DNA of 30,841 nt from a virus: positions 1-30,841 of IMG/VR virus record IMGVR_UViG_3300037502_001833. One strand, written 5' to 3'. The position numbers and the translations under genes are program-made. The notes under the pieces are model-generated. The model saw only the letters and a program-made list of their open reading frames with translations, was not told where the DNA came from and did not search any database. Shown here piece after piece: positions 24,653 to 30,433 of the stretch (positions are counted from its first letter, which is position 1; every line of letters begins with the position of its first letter).

Positions 24653-25600
24653 ATGAGCGATTTCATCTCAGATTACAACCTCGACCGCCGGGTGCCCGAG
24701 GATTTGCAACGGCGGGTGTTGCAGATGCACCGCGCCGGCACGCCGGTCCGCGCGATCATTCACGAATTGTTCCCGGCGACGAGCGTCGGCACGGCCACGC
24801 GATGGATTCGCACCATTATCAGGAATCACAAACTCGACACCGAGACGGGCACCAAAACAAACGACCCGATCGTGGCGCGGGCCGATACACCGCTGGCGGA
24901 TCAGATCCTCGAGCTCGATGGCGACCTGCTGATCATGAGCGACCTGCACATCCCGTATCACGACGCCGACCTGATCGACACCGCGATCCGTCACGCCCAG
25001 GATATGGGCATCAAACAATGGCTGATCGTCGGCGACCTGATGGACGGCAACCAATGGAGCAAACGCGGGCTCAACCAGACGTACCAGCGACGCTGGCAGG
25101 ACGACGCCGAGGTCGCACAGGCGATCGTCGCGCAGCTCGTCGCGCACATCGGGCCCGGCACCGTGCTCATGGGCAATCACGACGCATGGTTCGTCCGACA
25201 TTTTCGCGGCCAGGCCGAGACGGAGTGGTTGCTGTCGCGGTTGTTTCGCACCGATGAAAACGTGCTCTGGTCGATGTTCGAACAGTGCAGGATCAGATCA
25301 GGCGGGCGCGAGATCCGCGCGACGCACGGCGCGAATTACAGCGGCGCAAACCCGCTGGGCGTCGGCCAGCGACTCGCGGCCAAATGGGAGTGCAGCGTTG
25401 TCATGGGCCACCAGCATCACGCGACGCACGGGCTGTCATGGTCTGGTCGGCACCAGATCGTCTGCATGGGCGGTATGCACGACCCGCGCAAACTGTCCTA
25501 TATCCACGAGGGGCCGCGGACAAACCCAGCGCAGACGCGGTCGTATGTTGTGCTGGTGGGCGGAAACATGGATCACGTCATCGCCGACGCATGGCACTGA
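24653..25600 (+). CDS. Calcineurin-like metallophosphoesterase with an N-terminal HTH-like segment; 315 aa.
   Basis: AGGAGG lies at 24641-24646. The motifs are in canonical order: SDLHIPYHD, VGDLMDG, MGNHDAW and MGHQHH. The N-terminus reads RRVLQMHRAGTPVRAIIHEL...ATRWIRTI. Confidence 0.8.
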   Translation: MSDFISDYNLDRRVPEDLQRRVLQMHRAGTPVRAIIHELFPATSVGTATRWIRTIIRNHKLDTETGTKTNDPIVARADTPLADQILELDGDLLIMSDLHIPYHDADLIDTAIRHAQDMGIKQWLIVGDLMDGNQWSKRGLNQTYQRRWQDDAEVAQAIVAQLVAHIGPGTVLMGNHDAWFVRHFRGQAETEWLLSRLFRTDENVLWSMFEQCRIRSGGREIRATHGANYSGANPLGVGQRLAAKWECSVVMGHQHHATHGLSWSGRHQIVCMGGMHDPRKLSYIHEGPRTNPAQTRSYVVLVGGNMDHVIADAWH

Positions 25601-25607
25601 TCGACGC

Positions 25608-25645
25608 AAAAAAACACCCGACCGATTGGCCGGGTGTTTGAGTTT
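25608..25645. terminator. Bidirectional rho-independent terminator between convergent genes.
   Basis: An A7 run (25608-25614) precedes a 10-bp stem with one mismatch (25614-25623 with 25628-25637) and a GATT loop. TTTGAGTTT (25637-25645) follows. Confidence 0.7.
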
Positions 25646-25676
25646 AACGTGAAAGGTCTCGCGACTCAATTGTACC

Positions 25677-26084
25677 TCAGCGCCGGGCGTCAGCATCCCA
25701 GCGCATCTGCTCGATTTGATCGCGCATCAACAGCAGGGCATCGGTCGCATCCTGATCGAAACGGCCCTCCATACGCGTTCGGTCGTTGTTGAGATCCTCC
25801 GACCAGCCGGCGCGGATGATGGCGATGTCGTCGGCGAAATCGTTGACCATTTCGCGGATGTAGGCGTTGCTCATGTTGTGCGACAAAACGAACGTCGATT
25901 CGTAACCGTACCAAGCGCGGGCAGCGATGTCGAACGCACAGGCTCGAGGTCGGGTGTGCACGTCGATGACGCCGGTCTGCCAATCGATGCGCAGGATGAG
26001 CATCTCGTTGCGGCGATTGCGGGCGATTTCGGCGCGGAGACCGTGCTCGATGGCGACGGTCGGGATGTTGATGGTTGCAGTCAT
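25677..26084 (-). CDS. Hypothetical protein, 135 aa; the only minus-strand gene.
   Basis: GGAGAACAACAATGAC is the initiation region on the minus strand. The gene ends at the bidirectional terminator. I recognised no HTH or other motif. Confidence 0.7.
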   Translation of the reverse strand: MTATINIPTVAIEHGLRAEIARNRRNEMLILRIDWQTGVIDVHTRPRACAFDIAARAWYGYESTFVLSHNMSNAYIREMVNDFADDIAIIRAGWSEDLNNDRTRMEGRFDQDATDALLLMRDQIEQMRWDADARR

Positions 26085-26116
26085 TGTTGTTCTCCGTGTC
26101 AGTGGGCTGACGTCAA

Positions 26117-26130
26117 TAGTGTACCAGAAA
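26117..26130 (-). promoter_or_regulatory. Putative leftward promoter/operator; a 14-mer shared with 29039..29052.
   Basis: The minus strand reads TTTCTGGTACACTA, i.e. an extended -10-like TGGTACACT. TTGCGA lies 16 nt upstream of TACACT as a possible -35. Confidence 0.4.
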
Positions 26131-26172
26131 ATGTAGCACTCGCAATAGATTCTGGTATGTCTCGCCTAAATA

Positions 26173-26184
26173 TTTGGTACAATA
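26173..26184 (+). promoter_or_regulatory. Putative rightward early promoter (extended -10).
   Basis: TTTGGTACAATA contains TGGTACAAT, which matches TGnTAnAAT. It is a variant of the 14-mer found at 26117 (minus strand) and 29039. Confidence 0.4.
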
Positions 26185-26210
26185 ACGATGTCGGCGACTG
26201 CAAACGCAAA

Positions 26211-26239
26211 ACGGCCCGGGCGATGGGTACCCGGGCCGT
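26211..26239. other. Perfect 10-bp inverted repeat / hairpin in the early leader.
   Basis: ACGGCCCGGG (26211-26220) pairs with CCCGGGCCGT (26230-26239) around a 9-nt loop. On the minus strand it is followed by TTTGCGTTTGC. Confidence 0.6.
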
Positions 26240-26264
26240 GCCGACCAGGAGATTAGCAATCGGC

Positions 26265-26408
26265 ATGGACATTATACGCAAACGACGCCGGCTCGAGATC
26301 GTCGGCAACATCCTGCTGTGCGTGTTGCTGGCGATCGGCGCGATCGCATACGGCGTCGATCTGGGCAACCGCACCGAGCAACGTCTGGCTGCGCGGTCTG
26401 CCCGATGA
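26265..26408 (+). CDS. Small single-pass membrane peptide, 47 aa.
   Basis: AGGAGA lies at 26247-26252. The product is MDIIRKRRRLEIVGNILLCVLLAIGAIAYGV.... Its stop overlaps the next ATG (ATGA). It is shorter than most ORFs listed in the supplied track and appears there only as the tail of the longer ORF 25716..26408. Confidence 0.5.
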   Translation: MDIIRKRRRLEIVGNILLCVLLAIGAIAYGVDLGNRTEQRLAARSAR

Positions 26409-26926
26409 GGTCGCGCACGTTGGATGCAGTGGTATCGGATCTCGAGGCCCGCGAACAGCAGGGCCTGATCACATACGGGTGCACGGTCGACCGGGTCGAC
26501 CTCGCCCGCACAGACTGGGTGCGCCATGCGTACCATGAGGCGCTCGACCTGGCGATGTACCTGCGCCGGGTCCAGATGGAGGACAACAACGATGTGGCTG
26601 ATGATGCCAATGACGGTGGCGGCGCTGTGGATCGTGCTCACGGCGCTGGCGATGTGCCGGCTCGCGGCACTGTCCGATCGCAGGTGACGATCGATTACCC
26701 GGCTGGCCTGTTGACGGCCGGCGCGGCCGCCGCGGTGTATCTCGCGATGCGCACGTTGACGCAGGACGGCGACACTGTCACCGTATCGGGCCGGCAGATC
26801 GCGACGATGGTCGATATGTCGCCCGTCACTGTCGAGCGCCAGATCGGCGTGCTGGTCAAGCGCGGGTACGTCGAACGCATCGAGGGCGAGCATCGCAACA
26901 GCAGATCGACGTACCGCATCCGGTGA
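26405..26926 (+). CDS. Winged-HTH DNA-binding protein, 173 aa as one ORF; candidate early regulator.
   Basis: The C-terminal 80 aa (AAVYLAMRTL...VSGRQIATMVDMSPVTVERQIGVLVKRGYVERI) look like a MarR/GntR-type wHTH. The N-terminal 60 aa are helical. An Asp/Gly-rich linker with lower GC3 joins them. Confidence 0.65.
   Translation: MRSRTLDAVVSDLEAREQQGLITYGCTVDRVDLARTDWVRHAYHEALDLAMYLRRVQMEDNNDVADDANDGGGAVDRAHGAGDVPARGTVRSQVTIDYPAGLLTAGAAAAVYLAMRTLTQDGDTVTVSGRQIATMVDMSPVTVERQIGVLVKRGYVERIEGEHRNSRSTYRIR
26592..26687 (+). CDS. Candidate overlapping 31-codon hydrophobic peptide in an alternate frame.
   Basis: GGAGG (26578-26582) lies 9 nt before ATG 26592. The product is MWLMMPMTVAALWIVLTALAMCRLAALSDRR. 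By my count GC3 is 28 of 31 codons here against 21 of 37 in the annotated frame. Its TGA overlaps an in-frame GTG (26684) at the start of the wHTH domain. Confidence 0.3.
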   Translation: MWLMMPMTVAALWIVLTALAMCRLAALSDRR

Positions 26927-27150
26927 GTCGACCCAGCGCTCGCGAGCTTTACGACCGGTACCGGCGGTGCGCATCGCCGCCGGGCTGGACGCAGGACGAC
27001 GAGCGCCAATTCCGAGCCTATTGGCTGGATCGAATCAAACAGGAGAACAACAATGACACAGACACAATATCCAATCACGGTGACACCGCGGGGGTACGAC
27101 GACCCGACGTACGAGGTCGACCGCATCCTGGACAACGTCACGGTCGGTGA
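26923..27150 (+). CDS. Small hypothetical protein, 75 aa; its 3' tail reads through the next gene start.
   Basis: GTGA overlap with the upstream stop. GC3 is high up to ~27050 and then drops where the ORF overlaps CDS 27053. Confidence 0.45.
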   Translation: MSRPSARELYDRYRRCASPPGWTQDDERQFRAYWLDRIKQENNNDTDTISNHGDTAGVRRPDVRGRPHPGQRHGR

Positions 27151-27301
27151 CATCGCACGATTGCCAGACGGCACAGCGGACCGCGCCATGCGGGCCTACC
27201 TGCGCATCATCGCCAACATTCACGCGCCGACGGCACAGGCCGACGCCCGGTACATCGAGCTGGCGTTGATGCGTCATGGGATCTGGGCGGTGACGAAATG
27301 A
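27053..27301 (+). CDS. Hypothetical protein, 82 aa.
   Basis: The ATG is preceded by the conserved block CAGGAGAACAACA. GC3 is high. Confidence 0.65.
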   Translation: MTQTQYPITVTPRGYDDPTYEVDRILDNVTVGDIARLPDGTADRAMRAYLRIIANIHAPTAQADARYIELALMRHGIWAVTK

Positions 27302-27828
27302 GATGGCACGACGTCAAACTGGTGGCGCAGTGGTACCGGATGTCGATCCGACGACGGTCGTGGGAGCAGGGAGTGGCATACAAACACGACAAATGGGAAT
27401 CCCGATACAGCGATCGTCACTCGCCCGAGTACGGCCATGCGTCCAACGACTGGATCAACCTGACGATGACGATGGCGATCTGCGAGCGCCGCATGGCCGA
27501 GGGCAAAACCAACATCGACGACAGACGCGATTACGCAATCTGCGATGCGACCGACTGGTGTCTGGCCGATTACGACACAAGGGCTGAGCTCGAGCATCTG
27601 CCGTACGGCGCGGCAAAAATCCTGGCGGTGCGCGGATTAACGGTGCGCAGGGCATCGTGGCCGTCGCACTGGCGCATGATCCACCGGCAAAAACGCGGCG
27701 ATCTCGACGACGGCGCGGCGATCTGCGACAGCAGGACCGGTCAGCTGATGATCATGCCTCGCACAGACCGCGTCGTGATGGTCGACGGGCGCGACATCGA
27801 GGTCAAGGACTGGATGGTCGTCGAATGA
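27298..27828 (+). CDS. Two-domain protein, 176 aa, with a DUF2829-like C-terminal domain.
   Basis: ATGA overlap with the upstream stop. The C-terminal ~75 aa start YGAAKILAVRGLTVRRASWP and end DIEVKDWMVVE, which matches the begin and end signatures I recall for DUF2829. Confidence 0.55.
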   Translation: MRWHDVKLVAQWYRMSIRRRSWEQGVAYKHDKWESRYSDRHSPEYGHASNDWINLTMTMAICERRMAEGKTNIDDRRDYAICDATDWCLADYDTRAELEHLPYGAAKILAVRGLTVRRASWPSHWRMIHRQKRGDLDDGAAICDSRTGQLMIMPRTDRVVMVDGRDIEVKDWMVVE

Positions 27829-28046
27829 CAGGTCTGCGTGGTGCTGATGCGTTTCGCGCACTGGTCGCCGGCAGGCGCATCAGGCGGGCTGTATGGCCCG
27901 CCGGGTGCACATGGGCGGCAAACCTCGAGGACCGCGAGTGCTCGCCGGTCATCACGGGCCCGCCGGCATGGGTGCGGCGTTGCCACGACGATCATCGCTG
28001 GTGCGGTCACCAGTGGCGCGGCAACGACTGGGAGGTGCTGGACTAA
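27825..28046 (+). CDS. DUF2829-like small protein, 73 aa.
   Basis: ATGA overlap with the upstream stop. It starts ADAFRALVAGRRIRRAVWP and ends WRGNDWEVLD. Confidence 0.55.
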   Translation: MTGLRGADAFRALVAGRRIRRAVWPAGCTWAANLEDRECSPVITGPPAWVRRCHDDHRWCGHQWRGNDWEVLD

Positions 28047-28633
28047 TGGGTCGCAATCCGATGGATTTGACGTCGCGCAGATGCAAGATCTGTGGCGACA
28101 TCTGCCCGATCGAGCAGTTCTGCCGCCCGAGCAAAAAATACCAATCTGGGTTTGTGCTCGAGACCAAATGCCGAGCCTGTTACCGCCAATACCAGCGGAC
28201 GCGCAAACAGATGCAATACGCCGACCCGGCAAAACGGCAGGTCATCCTGGACCGGGCTCGCAAATACAGGGCATTGCGGATGCCCGACCAGACCGACGCC
28301 AAACGCAACGATTTGTGCAGCTCGATCGCATGGGTGACAAACCGATGCGAAACAATCCTCGCCGGTGGCAAACCCGGTTCGGTCATCGTGTACCTGATCG
28401 AGGGCCGTGGCGCTCTGGTACCGCATGATCGCGATGCGGAGCGCCCGTGGCGTGGCAAATCATGGGCAATACGCGAGCATCGTCCCGGCATCGTCCCGCC
28501 ACGTGGCGGTATCCCGCTAATGCGCATCGTCGGCATCAGCGCATTCCCGCATTCGTTGTGTCCAGACGGGTGGCGCTGGGTCGCCAAATACACCGGCAAC
28601 TGGTTGCGCCGCCGGTACCAGGAGAACGATTGA
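28046..28633 (+). CDS. Zn-ribbon protein, 195 aa.
   Basis: TAATG overlap with the upstream stop. The N-terminal motif CKICGDICPIEQF...GFVLETKCRACY is common at the N-terminus of phage DNA-binding and HNH-associated proteins. I saw no HNH catalytic motif. Confidence 0.6.
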   Translation: MGRNPMDLTSRRCKICGDICPIEQFCRPSKKYQSGFVLETKCRACYRQYQRTRKQMQYADPAKRQVILDRARKYRALRMPDQTDAKRNDLCSSIAWVTNRCETILAGGKPGSVIVYLIEGRGALVPHDRDAERPWRGKSWAIREHRPGIVPPRGGIPLMRIVGISAFPHSLCPDGWRWVAKYTGNWLRRRYQEND

Positions 28634-29025
28634 TGCCAACGAAACCGCCGCTCGAATCCACCATACAGACCAGCATCGTCAACATCCTGACCATGCTGGG
28701 ATACACCGTCATCGAGATCGGCAGGACGCGCAGGATGGTCCCGTGCAAACGCTGCGGAGCATCGACGCCGGCGATCGGCTGGCAGGGCAACACGCCGGGC
28801 GCACCGGACCTGATGGTGACCAGCACGCGCTGGTCGGGAGATTGGGTCGGCATCGAGGTCAAACGGCCGGGCGGTGCGATCCGTCCTGAGCAACAACGTC
28901 TGGTCGACGCCGGCACGGTCGTCATCGTGCGATCGTTGCGCGATGCACTCGGCGTCGTTGTCCAGGCGGAGGCCCGGCATGGTCACCAGAGCGCCCAGAT
29001 CGACGCGGTGATCCAACAATTGTGA
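28633..29025 (+). CDS. VRR-NUC domain nuclease, 130 aa.
   Basis: TGATG overlap with the upstream stop. The motif GAPDLMV...WVGIEVKRPGGAIRPEQQRLVDAG fits VRR-NUC (PD...E-x-K). Confidence 0.75.
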   Translation: MPTKPPLESTIQTSIVNILTMLGYTVIEIGRTRRMVPCKRCGASTPAIGWQGNTPGAPDLMVTSTRWSGDWVGIEVKRPGGAIRPEQQRLVDAGTVVIVRSLRDALGVVVQAEARHGHQSAQIDAVIQQL

Positions 29026-29038
29026 CACCGTGCACCAG

Positions 29039-29052
29039 TTTCTGGTACACTA
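29039..29052 (+). promoter_or_regulatory. Putative promoter/operator upstream of the RecT-like gene.
   Basis: TTTCTGGTACACTA is identical to the minus-strand 14-mer at 26117-26130. It is embedded in the palindrome ACCAGTTTCTGGT (29034-29046). Confidence 0.45.
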
Positions 29053-29087
29053 CACCGTGCTCAATCGAGCACACAGGAGATACAGCA

Positions 29088-30017
29088 ATGACAGATTTGG
29101 TTGTGGCGGCACCCGTGTCGGTGCCCGACGTCATGACGATGGCCGACGTCATCGTCAAATCCGGTTTGTTCCCGGCGTTCAAAAATCGCGAGAGCGCCGC
29201 CGCGATGATGCTCCTCTGCCGTGCAAAAGGCCTCGACCCGATGACCGCGGTCGAGCGCTACCACATTGTCCAGGGCCGGCCGGTGATGCGGGCCGACGCC
29301 ATGCTCGGCGAGTTCATCCGCATGGGCGGGCGAGTTGAGTGGCACCGGCGCGACGACACCGAGGCATCGGCAACATTTAGCCATCCGCAGGGCGGCTCGG
29401 TCACCGTTAGCTGGACGATCGAGATGGCACGCAAGGCGAAACTCACCGGCAAGGACATCTGGTCGCAATACCCGCGCCAGATGCTTCACGCGCGTTGTGT
29501 TTCCGAGGGCGTCCGATCTGTGTTGCCCGGCGCGACCAACGGCCTGTACACGCCCGAGGAGGCGATGAACATGGAGCCGGTGGCAGATTCTCCCGCGCCG
29601 GCGTCCAAACCCGCTGTACGGGCAATCTCGCGCGATCCCGAGCCTGTTGCCGCGTTGCCGTCGCCCGAGCCCGTCGTGGTCGATGCCGTCGTCGTCGATC
29701 CGAAAAAACTGCTCACGCTGGCGATGCAGGATTTCGCCGATGCCGCGACCGAGCGCGGCTGGGAGATCGCCGGCGCCAACGGCAAACCCAGCAAATCCAA
29801 AATGGTCGCGCTGGCCGGCAAACTGGTGACCGGGTTTGACGCCGCCGATCCCGAGCATTGGGCGCTCGCGCAGGACGCTCTGGTCGAGACCGGCGACACC
29901 GATCCGGTACCTGCGCCGGCCGACGACAACGGGCTGGTGCTCGAGGCCGAGGTCGTGACAGCCGACGCCGACACCAGCGGCACGTTCACAATCGCGGACC
30001 CGTTCGCCGACGATTGA
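29088..30017 (+). CDS. recT: RecT/Red-beta-family single-strand annealing protein, 309 aa.
   Basis: AGGAGA lies at 29075-29080. The motifs LLCRAKGLDPMTAVERYHIVQGRP...WSQYPRQMLHARCVSEGVRSVLPGATNGLYTPEE fit the family. The C-terminal tail is acidic. Confidence 0.7.
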   Translation: MTDLVVAAPVSVPDVMTMADVIVKSGLFPAFKNRESAAAMMLLCRAKGLDPMTAVERYHIVQGRPVMRADAMLGEFIRMGGRVEWHRRDDTEASATFSHPQGGSVTVSWTIEMARKAKLTGKDIWSQYPRQMLHARCVSEGVRSVLPGATNGLYTPEEAMNMEPVADSPAPASKPAVRAISRDPEPVAALPSPEPVVVDAVVVDPKKLLTLAMQDFADAATERGWEIAGANGKPSKSKMVALAGKLVTGFDAADPEHWALAQDALVETGDTDPVPAPADDNGLVLEAEVVTADADTSGTFTIADPFADD

Positions 30018-30098
30018 CACAAAATGGGCGGTGGAATTAACCTTTCGCCATCGCCCAGAAGCCGGCGCGTAAGCTGTAGGGCCGCACCGGCGCAACGG

Positions 30099-30135
30099 CC
30101 GGCCCGGTACGAGACAGCCGGGCCGGTTTTGATTT
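30099..30135 (+). terminator. Rho-independent terminator.
   Basis: A 9-bp GC stem, CCGGCCCGG (30099-30107) with CCGGGCCGG (30118-30126), is followed by TTTTGATTT. Confidence 0.75.
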
Positions 30136-30175
30136 CAACCAGTCGGAATTTCCGACACATTGCGAGGCAACAACA

Positions 30176-30355
30176 ATGACCGAGGCAGAACGACAACGGA
30201 TGCTGGATTGGCTGCTCAACGAGCGCGCGCGCATCGAGGGCCAGATCGCCGAGATCGATCAGCGCATCGACCATCTGCGCGGTCTGCGCCATCCTGCGAC
30301 ATCGACCAGTCCGACCAGGACACCGGACACGACGACCGCGTACCGGGTAAAATAG
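30176..30355 (+). CDS. Small coiled-coil protein, 59 aa.
   Basis: The ATG is preceded by GAGGCAACAACA. The product is MTEAERQRMLDWLLNERARIEGQIAEIDQRIDHLRGL.... It is absent from the supplied track, presumably because of its small size. Confidence 0.55.
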   Translation: MTEAERQRMLDWLLNERARIEGQIAEIDQRIDHLRGLRHPATSTSPTRTPDTTTAYRVK

Positions 30356-30433
30356 ACTGCTCATCGGATACCGCCACAGCGCGGGCCCGCCGGCTGATCC
30401 CCGGCGGGTACATCCCATGAGCGGAGGCACACG

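Noticed and set aside
25716-26408. A 230-aa + strand ORF spanning the minus-strand gene and the control region.
   Set aside because: Most of it is antisense to CDS 25677..26084 and crosses the AT-rich promoter region. Only its last 47 codons, from ATG 26265 with an upstream AGGAGA, look like a real gene.
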